Positions 17,989 through 32,534 of a DNA stretch of 64,000 bases are shown here, in pieces; the stretch's first letter is position 1, and the number at the start of each line of letters is the position of its first letter. The notes beneath the pieces are model-generated. The model had not been told where the DNA came from and ran no database searches. It saw nothing but the letters and a program-made list of their open reading frames with translations. This DNA is from the human T2T-CHM13v2.0 reference genome, Homo sapiens. The stretch lies in NCBI RefSeq assembly GCF_009914755.1, contig NC_060942.1. The stretch is one strand, 5' to 3'. The position numbers and the translations under genes are program-made.

Positions 17989-19449
17989 TGCGTGTGTGTG
18001 TGTGTATATATGTTTAAGTCCTTAAATGCTAATAATGACTATTTAAAACAAATATGAATAAATTTCCATAATTTTTAATGTGAGAAGATTTTGCTTATGT
18101 TGTTTTCATATGTTTGAGGAATTTTGATCTTGTTTTCTACTCCAAGGAATAAAACACACCTGCTCAGCAACAGTTGTTCCCCATGGCAGACACTCTTATC
18201 TCCTTTGAGTTAGGGAACATGGGATTTCTTTCCTTCTTAACATCCCTGCATCCAGGTAGATATGGATTAGGGCCCAAGGTTGTTCTGATTTCTTGTTTAT
18301 CCTCTTAGAAAATCACTGACAGAAAAAAAGTATTACTAAATCAAAAAGCCTCAGCCAAATTCCCAGCTCTAATATGTACTAAATATTTCTTCAGCCACTT
18401 ATCAGCTTGATAATTTTTTTCTTTCATTTAAAAAATAGTCTACTACCTGTTTATCCCATCTCAAGGAGTCCATACAACAATCCAATAAGAAAATTTATGC
18501 AAATTAATTATAATATTGTACGGTAAATACAAACTTTAGTGTGATGACATTGATGATATGGTGATGCTGATAAACTTTACCCCAAGCATCACGGTTCCAT
18601 TTTGCCCCATATAAGAGCATTTCCTTATAAATGCTCAGATCATACTTGTTGATGTCAGCAGAAAGACTCTAATCCTCAACACACCGAACTGGGTCAGCCT
18701 TCAGGACATGATTTTAGCAGCCTCCACCCTCCATATGTGACTTTTTCTTGAGTAACACTGACGTTCCCATAGGCAAAAGCACTGTAACACTCAAACAAAC
18801 AGTTAAAACTCAAATCCCATATTCCGCCAAGTTTCTGCAACTACATGTGGTTGAGTTATTATTCTCTTGTCAGCTCTTACTGCAGATTTCTTCTGCCTTC
18901 CCTTTTATTTTGCTTTCTGCATTATGTTTACCACTGCTTCATGGCTGTCATAGTTTCATCCTAATTTATCCCAAGGATCAATACGAACTCTGACATGTGA
19001 GATAGATATTTACAGAGCTTTTGTGGATAGTGGGTATAATTATATCTTTGAGTAAAAAATAATTTCACATTCTGTATCTGGCATCACTGCCTCAGAAATG
19101 TGTCATTCATTATTCACCATGGGAACTTTATCATCGGCTCAGGTCTTCAGGTCCTCCTTAGTTCTTGGTCAGCAACTTGTACTGGCCTCTTATTATTTTC
19201 TATCAATGTCTTCTGTATTCTTTTCTCTGAATTTGGGATTCCTCATCCTCTGACCTCCTCTATCTTAGCCTTCACCTGAAAAGTCAAAAATTTGTTTCTT
19301 TTTACTGGTATTACTTTTATCTTCTACCTCAAACTAGCCAGGCCTACTTTTGGAGCTACTAAATACCCTTAATTCCCTTTCCATGCAAATTTTCTATCAA
19401 CCTCTTAATCTGCCCTTGAATATGCAATAAACAGGCAGAGTGCACCCTT

Positions 19450-19800
19450 TCTCAGGATAAACTACATATTGACACACAACAAAAACCCCAACTCCGAGTT
19501 CTCGTACAACAAAAATTTATTTCTTTTTCATGCTACATACCTAGCTCAGATAAATCTTGATTATAGAGTCCAGATTAAAGGAGCAGCCCGTAGCTGCAAC
19601 ATGGCTGGCCTTCTGGTGAAGAGAAACAGAAGATGGTAGAAGAACATGGAGCTCTTTAAACATTTTTCTCAAAGTGGCATAATCACTTCTCTCACATTCA
19701 ACTTGCCGAAACAAGTTACATGCCATTCTTCACATTGATGGGACAGGGAAATATAATAGACATATGAGAAGATGTACCACATGTTTATTAACTATATAGA
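19450..19800 (-). mobile_element. Old MLT1-type LTR fragment (tentative)
   Basis: 'acaacaaaaaccccaa...acaacaaaaatttatttct...catgctaca' and 'ttctctcacattcaacttgcc...aagttacatgcca' resemble MLT1J/K in reverse. Confidence 0.45.
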
Positions 19801-22800
19801 ATAATCTATAATAAAATTACATTTTTCCTTAATTGGTACAAACTAACTTCACTCCTCTCTAATACACACAAGGTCTCTCCTTTCTCTCCTGCCAAACTTT
19901 GTTTAAAGAGAAGGAGGCAACTAGACTATGTATTGTCTCTGTTTCCCAAGCAAGAACTTAGAGAAACTGTTTCTTTTCCTCTCACATATAAATGTTGATA
20001 TAATTTCTTAAAATGCATAGCTTTAGATGACCTGATAATTTCCCTATTCATAATGGTGGATGACATTTATATTTATGATCTAAATCTAGATGTGTTGCTT
20101 CATACTGGTAGATGGACTCAGTTCCAATTATAATAGTGACGGTTGGCCAGGAGCCAAAGGCTGCTAAGTTGGGCCTCTCTGCATCCCCAGCATTTAGAGC
20201 CAGCATTAAAAAAATGAAAATGTAGACAATTCTACTCCTTAACATGGCCAAAGCACCTTCTGAACCAATAAGCCCACAGGCCTAATTATTAAGCAGGGTT
20301 GTCCAATGATGGTAGGGCAGACCTTTCATTATAATCATGTACTTTTTCAAAGTGTTCCATTTATTATCTGTCTTAAAGCTCATCTATTTTTAACTGCCTA
20401 GATTTATTATAAATGGAGTAGCAAAGCTTATAAGGTCATGCAACCTTTGATTACAACTGTAGTAAATCAACCTAGATTCATTTTAATGAGACTCATAATT
20501 TCTTGTTGGATTTATTTTTTTTTCTTTTAGTGTCTCTATGTCTCTCTCTCTCTCATTTTGGTGAGGGTTCATATCAGGCCAAGCTTTACAAAACCCAGCG
20601 TTTTGTCTTCGGTTGGACTATTCTCTCTCTCTCTCCTTTTTTTTTGGTCTCCTGACTCAGCTCTTTATAGTTTCTGCATGCAACCAAGTGAGAGCCATTC
20701 TAAGAAACTTGAACAGTCAGATTCATAGTAAACACCTAGAATTGAAAGTACAAAAAGTGTCAGCAGAAAAAGCAGGTCATAGGTTCTCACATTTATTTTC
20801 CTCCTGAATGACCCATCGACACAATGTGAAGAAAGAGTGTGGCTCCCAGTCATGAGATTTGCCACTGATAATAGAGGGGAGCAATAACTTCTGATTAGGT
20901 AAGGGAGATGGCACCACTGCCAGCAAAAAAGTGGAAATTTTGTTAATTATTTGTTTGTGTTTTATCAAACAATCTGTGGGGAAGTGTTCTTTTCTATTAT
21001 ATTGATTATGCTGAACAATTCATTTGACTGTTTTTTTGGCACAGGCAATGCGAAAGACAAGGGAAAACATATTTACTTATTTATTGCTTGTAATTTTCAC
21101 GTCCTCCAAATGCCAGGTAGATGTCTGGGTGAATGCACATATAATCCTCAAAGCAAATTATATGAATTGATGTCTGAAACTCTTTTCACCACAACTGTAT
21201 TTGCATATGATTCCACAGAAAATTTGAACAAATAAATATGTTAATATATACAAATTAGCTCCTTGATAAAGAATTCGATTGTCCATATCTTTCTGACCAC
21301 CTTATCTCATGAAAAATATGTCAAGACAAACCGGGGTTTACCTTTTCATGGGGCCTTCCCAAGCATAGCTTTGCTGAGGAGCCCTCATTTTAACACTATG
21401 CTATTTGTCACAAAGCCCATGTCTAAAGAACTATTTGTCTTACAGGAAACTAAAGCTATTTAAAATAAAAAATAAACACCTAGACTTTCTTTTAAATGCT
21501 GTTCAATATATGTCATTAAAGCAAAGTAAAGTTCAAATTTGTCTTTTATAATCTAAATAAATACCATCTTTTATAATATGTTTATTATAAACAGGAAAAT
21601 CCTATATTCAATTTTACATTGATTACCACATTTTCTAAAATCATTTAACATATTATCCATATATTTGTAATAGAAAACTATAGAATTTGAAATAATTTTA
21701 GAAATTAACAAGTGGAAACATTTTAACCTATAGGTAAAGAATCTAAGTCCCCAAGCAGTGACACTGATAACGAGTCAAAAACTGAGACCCAAAATTGGAG
21801 TCTGACTGTGGGACACACCTACTAAAGGATAATTTGTTTAAGATACATTAAAATTGTGTACATGAAGGCAAAAGCTAACAGGTCAGATTAAAAATGGAAA
21901 ATATATAAGTAGAACAGAAAGGAAATTTTATTTTTCTACTTCATTATAAAATGATGTGCATGAAAGTACTTTTAAAATATGAAATTACTTAATTGGAGGC
22001 AACCATTACTTTACCTAGAGACTACTATACCTACCACTTTAATGAGTAGTAAAGGACATTCCTGTATAAGAATCCATCAATCAGCCATAGAGGTTTGATA
22101 ATACAATGCACTTAGCACTATCATTACTTGTGTAATTAATACATGCTCACAGACTTACAATAGAATGGTGAGGCTAAACTAAAAATAAGATAAAATAACC
22201 TGAAGCAAAATTAAACAAAAATTTTAAACGTGAAAAAGTTCTAAATGATTGTCAATTCCCATGAGATAATTTTTTCAGAGCTACTGTAATTTTGAAAAGC
22301 TTATTCATACAGCTAACATCAGCCTCACCAAAAGATGGAACCAGAGCAGTTTTGATTGACAATTGGGTAAAAAGATGGATGAAAGGATATCCCAAGGTGG
22401 GAAAGAATATGGGCAAAATTGAGGATGTAGAAACACCTTGAGTAGCAGGAAATCTCAATGAAGGGACAGCCAAGTTCACAGCACAAAATACATGCTGAAG
22501 ACATTCAGAGTGAGCAATAGAAAGACAGCTGGGCAGGCCATGGAATCTAGCTGGAGGTATTTGTATTTAATTCATAAGATACCTAATATATTATTAATAG
22601 GGGGGGTAGAATTTTTATAGAACGTTAGTAAATTAGTGAGCTCAAACCGTTCCTTGGTGACTCTGTCAGAATCCTGAGCTACATGGATTTTGACATTAAG
22701 TTCAATCTCAAAGAATATGTGAGCACCTTTTATACCATGCTACCAATTTACAGAATCTAATTAACTATCTATCAAAGTTTTTCAATTATTAGACTATTTA

Positions 22801-23069
22801 AGTATCTCAGAGGTACTCAGTTTAAGTTGGTTAATATTATTGGCCTATATGTCAATAATTAAATGCATATATTTAATATATGCCAGAAGAAATCATGTTA
22901 ATATCAGTGAAGACATTAAAATAACGTGAGATATAATAGACTGTCCCAAACTCAGAAAACTCAGATATACTTTCTCATAGACTGTTTTCTAGGATACATG
23001 AGATTTGTCAGTTAAATTAATATCTATAATTTATTTCCCAGTAATTTTATTTAGTTATTCATTTAATAG

Positions 23070-23510
23070 AAATTAAAACATAAGGTTATAATGATCTTTG
23101 TATAACAGTGTTCATAGCAGTTTCATTAAAAAAAACAAAAATAGAAAACAAATGTCTGTCGATAGAAGAATGGATGAAAAATTCCTGGTATATTGATATA
23201 ATGGCATACTACTCAATAGCAAAAAAGGAAAGACTACTGATATATTCAACAACAGGCACACAAACGTGTTATGTTGAGAAACTGGACACAAAAGAGTCAA
23301 TATTGTACAATTCCATTTGAGTGAGATTGTAGAATAACAAAACTAATCTAGGTGATAGAAATCAGGTCAGCGGCTGTTTCTAGGGTGAGGAGGTTGACTT
23401 AGAAGGATTCTTGGGTTCAAAAAATGTGATATGCCCTTACACGTATTTGTTAGACATTATGCTTGAAATCTGACATTCACTGTGTGTAAATTACATCCTA
23501 ACAAAAATTA
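23070..23510 (+). mobile_element. L1ME-type 3' end fragment
   Basis: 'tgttcatagcag...aaatgtctgtcgatagaagaatggatg...acaaaagagt...aaaactaatctaggtgatagaaatcag'. Confidence 0.75.
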
Positions 23511-23836
23511 ATATCCATAGTTGTTTTTCTACCTGCAATTGGCTTACATTGGAACCTATATTGGAAGAATTATTAGAGCTTCTGCCATCTACATTTTTTC
23601 TTCACTCTTTGGTTAATTGATGGTTTGAAAGATTTCTCCCTTTTTTCTCTGCATGTGTAATGCTTTTTGTTTTCAATGTTTTAGGGGGTGATACTGCTGT
23701 GGGCTTTTCTATTGAAGAGAATATAAACTTTTATCAGGTATATTTCACAAAAGTTTTGAATTAAAAAATTAGTTGGGTTTACTCCGAAACACAAGAGTAA
23801 TATTAATGTTTTAATCATGAAGTGGAACAGAAACCA

Positions 23837-24460
23837 TGAAACTCACCTAGCAAAAGAGGCTTGCTGCCCAATGCACTGGAAGCCAATACTATGACACTAG
23901 ATTTTGAGGCGAAAAAAAAAAAAAACAGCTCTTTATTGCAAGTTGACTCACAAAGAGATAGGAATCAAGCTCAAATCTTTCTGCCTGTGCTGGCTTCAAG
24001 GCAATATTTTTTATTAGAAAATTTTCTGAGGTGGATTCTGAGATTAGCAGGTGATTTGTGGAAGGAAAGGAGAGGTCTGGAGAGTCCTTGAGCATGCGCA
24101 GTTATCTCTTTATGCTACCTCATGGATTGCATGTGCAAATTCAGGGGGAGTTAGCATAAAGCATGCTGTGGCAATTCAGATTGTGATGTTAGTAAGCTCA
24201 CTTTGCACAGGCTCCAGTCAGCCATATTGGTTTCAACCTATTTCAGCCAGTTTTATCTTGATCTCACAAGTGGAGGGAGTTTCAGTGCTGTCTCCTTTAT
24301 CGATTATCCTGCAAGCTCAAAAATATGTTAGTCATTAGTTTCTTACTCTTTGAGGAACAGTTTCAGTTTCAATTTTACAGCAAATTGTTTCATTTCTTAT
24401 TTGCTATCCTTTAAGCCCAAGAATTTGGTATTTGATTGCTTAAACTCTTTAGGACACAGA
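23837..24460. mobile_element. ERV1-class LTR remnant, family uncertain
   Basis: 'gaagccaatactatgacactagattttgag...ctttattgcaagttgactcacaaagagatagg' resembles MER4-group LTRs. Boundaries are approximate. Confidence 0.5.
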
Positions 24461-24540
24461 TTTTCAAAACAACCTAACCATCCTTAAACTATTCAGATGT
24501 ATCCAGATGTATCCAAGGTTCTCGTAAATATTAAATGTAG

Positions 24541-24837
<297 letters not shown>

Positions 24838-25183
24838 GCGTGCTTTTTTTTTTTTTTTATATCTCCTCCCATCTTCACCATAAGAGTCTCTCTCCTAATA
24901 TTATCCGTAAATACGTTTTCTCTTCTTAACATTTTGATCAACTGCTTTAGCGTTTTAGTCTATTCTTCCCTCAATTTTCTGTGAGTTTAGCCCAGAAGGC
25001 ATAACACTACCACCTTTTACTCAAGTAGCTATATTTGGGATATAAGTCCTTATATATGTTTTAACCTTCAGACATTCTAGATGTTAATGATATACTGTAT
25101 AGGAGATTTCTTCTTCATTCAAAAAGTTCTGGTTATTAGGGAGAATGGAATGAAATGGTCTTTATCCTTTAAGCCCAATTTTA

Positions 25184-26434
25184 ACACTAAAATTATCTTT
25201 TTTCAAGAATCTTACAACTTGAAATGCCATAGATCAGGTACATTAGAAATATAAAACTACTAGAATTGTTTAACATTAACAAATCTGTAGGTATTAAATT
25301 AGCACTGAGCAACAGTAAGAATAAAAATGAATTGTTATTCATGGTAATATACAAACAAACAGTTCCCTGGTTTGTGTTCTCAAGGATCTGATCCTGTAAG
25401 AAGGACTTAAGTGAAAGTAGTTAATTTTTTGAGGTGATTTCGGGAAGGAACAGGGAGGAAAGAAAGAATAGAAGCCAATAGACATGCACAATCAAACCAG
25501 TTATAACCGTGCCAAGTGGAGCTCCATCCCACTGGGGGACTTGGGGAGCCAGCGTAGAATGTGACTCTGAAATATCCCAACCCAGCTGTACTCTCTAGAA
25601 ACTCAGTGAGAAAAATGTCCTAGAAGTTAGGACATCACACTTTTCGTATTCATGTCACAAATTCGCTAGTAATGTCACAAATTCTAGTTACATTACAAAT
25701 TATCTTCCTAGTTAAATCCCAAATTCCCTGCCCAGAAGCTCATTCAATCCATAGAATATGGTTTCCTCATATATCGAGAGATGACTGTTTTAAAAATGAA
25801 TCTAGGGTCCATTCCAGCTATAATTATAAATGTATGCTTACTATGGTTGGAGTTTAAATGTGAGATAAAGCAATCCAAACTTAAATCACCAAAAGTGTGC
25901 ATTGTATATAAACACTTTATGATTAAAACATGTATTAACTAATAATTTTTAATAAATTAGCTTTTTCTTAGTGATTCTATCACTGTCTGATATAAAGCTT
26001 GTTGATCATTAAATATGAAGCCCAAAAAGGAGACACTAAAATTACCTTTTTTCAAGAATCTTACAACTTGAAATGCCATAGATTGGGTAGATTAGAAACA
26101 CAAAACTACTAGAATTTTTTAACATCAACAAATCTGTATGTATTAAATTAACACTGAGCAAGAGTAAGAATAAAAATGAATTGTTATTCATGGTAATATA
26201 CAAACAAACAATTCCCTGGTTTGTGTTCTCAAGCATCTGATCCTATAAGAAGGACTTAAGTGAAAGTAGTTAATTTTTTGAGGTGATTTCAGGAGGGAGC
26301 AGGGAGGAAAGAAAGAATAGAAGCCAATATACATGCACAATCAAGCCAGTTATAACTGTGCCAAGTGGAGCTCCATCCCACTGGGGGACTTGGGGGGCCA
26401 GCGTAGAATGTGACTCTGAAATATCCCAACCCAG
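25184..26434. repeat. 402-bp direct duplication (25184-25585 and 26033-26434) with a 447-bp spacer
   Basis: Colinear from 'acactaaaatta' to 'atatcccaacccag' at a constant offset of 849; about 21 substitutions counted by eye (~95%). Confidence 0.96.
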
Positions 26435-26665
26435 GTGCAAGGCAGCAGTGTAGTTATCCTTTTACTTGCCTTAGTCATTGTTTGAGATCAGATTTCCAAG
26501 GCACTTACTCTTCATCATTTCCAGCTTGCCCTGTGCTTGGTGTGAACATGCTCTTGTGGCCAGAAAGCAGCCCCACAGACGGAGATTGTCAGGGCTCCCT
26601 AGTGCTCTGCCTTCTGTGGGTAGAGGTGACTGCTAAGATATGGGTGTGCACCAACAGCTACATCA
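26210..26665. mobile_element. Old ERVL-class LTR (LTR33/LTR16-like); partial copy at ~25362-25585
   Basis: 'ggtttgtgttctcaagcatctgatcc...aaggacttaagtgaaagtagttaattttttgaggtgatttcagg...atgggtgtgcaccaacagc'. Confidence 0.55.
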
Positions 26666-27009
26666 GTGTAGGTTGAGTCCATGGCAAAAATCTTGGATCA
26701 GCAGGGATTTCAACTACATAAATTGATTTTTAAAAAAGAGGTAAGAGTTGATTTTTAGCAAAGAATTTAAATCTAGTCATGGGTGAAGTTTGAAGTATCT
26801 TAATACCCTCGTTACTGCAAAATGCCAACTCCGGTATATTAGACTGGACTCAATTTAAATTTCTCCCCTCTCAGTTGAAAAAATACTGATCAGAAAAATC
26901 CAGTTCATTTTTTTAAAGTCACATGGCAAGATATTATCTGAGCTAAACCTAGAATCCATTTTTTTTAACTCCTGGGTTAGAATTTTATATTTTATATCAC
27001 AAACACAAG

Positions 27010-27191
27010 TAGTGTTCAAAGTGTGATATTCAAAGGAGTAGCATCAGCATCACCAGGAAAATTGTTAGAAATGAAAATTCTGGTCCCACTCTGGAACTAC
27101 CAAATCAGAAACTCCTCGAATTGGTCCAACTTATGTGTTTTAACAAGTTTTCAAGGTAATTCTGATGAATGGTGAAGATTTAGAACCACAG
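27010..27191. mobile_element. MER5A (hAT-Charlie MITE)
   Basis: 'ttcaaagtgtg...agcatcagcatcacc...ttgttagaaatgaaaattct...atcagaaactc...tgttttaacaag...ggtaattctgatg...ttagaaccac'. Confidence 0.85.
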
Positions 27192-30100
27192 GCACCTGAT
27201 ATTAAGATTGTATCTACACCTAAATAGGAAATGGCATTTACCCCACTTTTTATTACAATGTCAAAAAATTATGCTAGGTACATTTAAAAATATTATATAC
27301 TGTGTTTTTCCTTTCTGGCTGAATTTTAGTTGATTTATCTGTTTTTAAAGTATTAAATAAGTTACTTAAGTTAAACAACTGGCTTGACTACTTTTTGAAG
27401 GAATGGACATGTGCATAATACATGTTTTAGCAATATATATTTTATCCAAGTGTTTTCGTTTGTAGGTCAAAATGTTAAAGAAGTTCTCACATAAAATAAT
27501 CCAATTTGGAAGCAACTCAACAAACTGTATTAAAATATAAAGAAACTATATTTAAAGTTTGTGTGACTTTCTAAAACCATTTTTTCTCTCCAGGCCTGAG
27601 TTTCCTCACCTAAAAACAAAAAGAATTGAACTAGATTTTTTGGAATTCTGATCAGTTCCATATTTCTGTGCTGTAATGACAAGTTGTGGCCGAATGATGA
27701 ACTAGTTCTATGTAGACACGGCCCTCCATATCATATTTCTGGCTGTATTTTCAGATTTTTTTTAAAGAAAAAAACCCAGCAATTTATATAATCTGGGGTT
27801 TGAATGATAGAAAAATTTATCCTTTATACAGAAACTGTTGTCCAAAAGTCTTTAATTGAAGCTGATCTATTTTTTTTTTTTTAATTTTGCTGTCCTCTGG
27901 TTCTGAGAAGGTAAAATATGTGACACTGGCACTCCCCAAGATTTTTTAGGGCTGAGTCATCCTCTCAGAACCAGGGCTTCCTGGCAGGGCAGGTGTAAGC
28001 ATCAGAAAGCTGAAAGGTTAGAGGATTCTCTCAACCTATTTTTGGCTCTCTTCATTGCTGGCCTTGGCAACTCCTTTTCTGACCTATCAGAGCTTATCTT
28101 TGCATAGATGTTTCTAATATTTTCCAAGATGCATCTTCAGTACATTACACAATGTTCTCTTCCTAATAGTGTGAGTCACCCATATTGGCTTTAGGAGGTC
28201 CATTGCTTGTAAATAAGCCATAATCAGCATAGTTTCCAACTGATGCACTACAGCTCATTTCTCCCCCACAGTGAAGGAAGTAGCTTTGAAAAGGACAGAA
28301 TCACTCTTATTCCCCTAATGTGCCATCACTGCACAACTGCAGGGTAAGCCAGTAGTCAGTTCTGAGGCTTTGTGTCAGCAATCAAACTCATTTGGTGACA
28401 CATTAAGTATTATCAGGACACTCAGAGAAAAGAATGCACAGGCAAACCAAAAGAGAGTATGCATAGTGGCAACCTATAAATGTGTCTAATTCCATATTTT
28501 AAGTACTCACTAAGTGTTTTGTAGACAAAAAGTGCTACCAAATTGTAAGAATGTAATTTCAATAAGTGATCACCATGATCAAAGCCTGAATCTTTAGTTT
28601 TGCTGAATGTCTGAGACACTTCCAAGAGTACCATCAGGATTTCATTGACAGAAGAGCCTGTGAGGCCAGAGACGCTCTATTTCAGGTGGCAGGGCCATTT
28701 CAAGCCCACTCAGATCTTCTCTGACATATATTAAGAGGCAGCATAGAGTTGACAGGTAAAATATTTATTTTATTTTTAATGTGGTAACACTGATACAAGT
28801 CATTGTCTCCTTACTTGAACTGAGAGAAGAGAGCTGAAGAAAGAAAGCAACCACATCTTAACCTGAAAAAGTCATTTGTGTGGAAATAGAAATTTTATTT
28901 AAAAAAATTTTCAGATTATGTATTTTCTCACCATATGAGGTAAACATTACCTTCATTTGACAGATAAAGAGAAAGAAGCACTGACTGATTTCACATAGGC
29001 TCATGTGCAGTCACAGCAGAAATGGTGCTCCTGGCTCCTCATGACAAGAAAGTGAGGATTGCACTCAGCATGGCTCTCCAAAATCAATTTAGAAGATGGT
29101 GGATGGGGCTCCTATCTGTCCAGAATCCAATGTTTCTCCACCAAGAAAACAGGACCCCATACTTGTTATGGAAAGTCATCTTTATCTTATCATTGTGCTC
29201 TAAGTTTAGATGGCACTTTTACTTAACTACCAACTCCAGAGTTGGTTGTTACTGGATTAATGTATCAACATATCCCAACACAATGGTCACAATAAGTGAT
29301 GCAGAGGATGCTCATGATCAAACTGCTCCATACAGAGTAAACTTCACAACTTTTCCTGAACTAGATACAAGAAAGCACCTATGCCTGGGAGCTATTGACA
29401 GCCATATTGAAACTACAAAGAGAAAGCCCACAGAAGATGGAAGAAGAGGAATTGGAAATGAGTAATGTGAAGAGGGAAACTAAGTACCATTCTCACTGTT
29501 GGAGGGCTCAGTTGGTCTTGGATATGTTTGCCTTCATTTTTGCTGGTCTACCTTCTCACTTTCATCACAGTTTCCATTTATTGCATTCTTTTACTGTAAG
29601 CCTTTTAAAAATGTAATTTGCAATTCGGTCTCAGTTTACTTCCTTGTTTCCATTTTTTGTGATGATAACCCCAGAATATCTGAATACAAAAATCTATAAG
29701 AAGCACAGAAAACAGTCTTGTTTAGAGAACACAGAGATGCAGGTTTTGTTTTTAGAGAAAGACAGCCACTGAGAGGCCAGCTCATTGACAATTCAAGTTT
29801 ACCTTAACATCTAGCACAATCTCCATTTCAAAGTCTTTCTCCAGATTACTGTTTGTTCTTCTTCAAGAATTGTTTCCTGGTTGATGCCAGTTTCAATGAC
29901 CTCTTAGTCAAACAGCCCCTATTACTGCATGACCTGATATAGGAGGAGTTGACTTAGGGTCAAACTGAAGATGTTCAACTGAAGGTGTTTCAGTCTGACA
30001 CAGGAGGCAACTGCTGTTTTCTGAAATAACTGAATATGCAGCCATGACTGCCCCACATTTCTGGCTAGTTACAGTCAAATGTCCTTTTCTTTGACTGGAT

Positions 30101-30479
30101 AAATGCCTGGGCCAAAAATAAAAATCAAGCTAATGTTGACAGCAGAGTAAGATGGTATGCATATGAAAAAATTGTGTTGGTTTTTATTTCTGTTATGAAA
30201 GCAAATTTATTAAATAAATTGAAGACTTTTTATCCTGAACACTCATGCTTAGATAAAAGTTGCATTTGGATTTTAAGTGATCATACCTCTCTTTGAGCTC
30301 TTAAACATTGTCACTAGATTCACATATTTTCTCTTGCAAGTTCGTATGATTTGCATTATTTAAACTTGCAAAGTTCATCAGTCCAGAGTTTTACTTATTT
30401 TATATCCTCTGCAGGTTATAGTACAGGTTTATGCCTGGTAAAAATGGACAAAAACATCAATCATTGTGGTTGAACACCT

Positions 30480-30640
30480 GAATGTAAATTGTTACCCTGA
30501 GCTCTTACCTTATTTACTTTGTTATCTATAAAATGGGGATAACAGTGACAGTCTTACACCACACTGAGTAGCTAAGTGAGTTTTATACAATGATACATAT
30601 GAGCTGTGCTTCAGTGCCCATAGCACACATTCATAAACTC
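30480..30640 (+). mobile_element. MIR fragment
   Basis: MIR core 'tatctataaaatggggataacagtg'. Confidence 0.55.
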
Positions 30641-31519
30641 TCTAGTTGTAGCCTTGCTAATTATCTTTGGGCTATTTTGTACCTCTTGTAAATTGTAGGT
30701 AACTGATAAATTGGCAAACTATCTTTTCCAACAGAGTTTTCATTGACTTCTTTCCTGCCCTAGAAAAAACAGTTTTGCATCCATGTGTAATTTAGTATAA
30801 ATCTATGCTTTCTTTGACTTTTTCTTTGAACAAGTTATAGCATCTGACTGATTCTCTCATATGAGAAACATCAAATATTTAACACATGTTCATTTTTCCA
30901 TCTATAAGAGAGTCATTATCTCATCTTTTTGAAATTTATCTTTTAACAGTTTGGAGATCTTCCACCAATATGCCCAGTGGATTCTCCCACCAGGGCCAGG
31001 TAACCTTCCTCACCAGAGGTGAGCATCTTGGGAAAAAGTACATCCTGTCTTTGCCCCCAGAGGTGACTTCAAAGAGGTAAAAGAGCTTTAATGACTCTCT
31101 GTTTATTCAATTTTAATTTTACTTTCTACTAATTTTGTGTTTTGTCTTTGGTTTTGGTTTATTTTCAGCCAATAAATTATTCCCGATTGCTAGCAGCAAT
31201 GTTTGGATATTTGGTTTTATTGACTGATTATTTGATAATATCTGTATGAGGTTTAATTGTTTACAGAGATCTATTCCCTGTTGCATAAGAGACAACAGAT
31301 ACTCTGGTTTATTAATTTTATTGATTAAGAGTTGTATTTCATGGTCTGACCACTTGGTAATTTTTACTCTCTGTTAAATAACAGATGATAGAGAATCTAG
31401 TTTGTTAGTCTTTTTCAATTATCTATTTTTACCTCCAGACAATGAAGAATTTTTCCAGTGAGAAGGAGACCAGGTTTTTGATAGGCCAGTAAGGTTCTGT
31501 GGTTGTTTATTTGCTCTGA

Positions 31520-31860
<341 letters not shown>

Positions 31861-32534
31861 TGAAGCTCTCTATTTTTAACTGTATGTATATCCTGGGTCT
31901 ATCACTCAGAGAAGGCTTTACCACATTTACCACAGACCGTATGAATGTGTAGTGTTTTCCAATCTCCAGATGATACTGATAGATTAGCCTAAAAAGCCTC
32001 CTAAACAAACTCGTTCTAGTTGGCAGATAAACACATATCAATTGAATATTCCTAAAATTTCCAGAAAATTGAACTTTAGTACTTTAAATGTATTATAAAA
32101 AATGCTATCTTTATATAAGCCAGCTTAAAAATACTTTAAGAAATCAAGAGAACAGAATATAGATAAGTCTTTGGCAAATGAGACCAGCTTAATATTTTTG
32201 GTTTAATGAAAACAGCTATCAGTGTTAAATATAATACATGCATGCATTTATTATCCACCTCCTATTTTTCTCTGTGAAATAGAAGTTACTTTAGTAAAAA
32301 GTTACAGTTACTTAAGTGAATGAACATGCACTAGGAACAACAGTGGCAGCGAACTATCACCTGGTAGGTGAAGTGATGTAATCTGCTTCTGTTCAGTAAA
32401 GGGAAAGATAATAATTTCAGTCTAAAGTGACTGGTTGTTTTAGAAAAAGAAAGAGGGTAGTGAAGGAAAAACCTGAATAGATATAAAAAGCTGTAGAAAG
32501 GCCATGGAAAGAAAATTGTATTTGCTTTCAATTA

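Noticed and set aside
25184-26434. Small LTR retroelement (two LTRs around a 447-bp interior)
   Set aside because: No TG...CA termini, PBS, PPT or TSD, and the repeat unit cuts through an older LTR.
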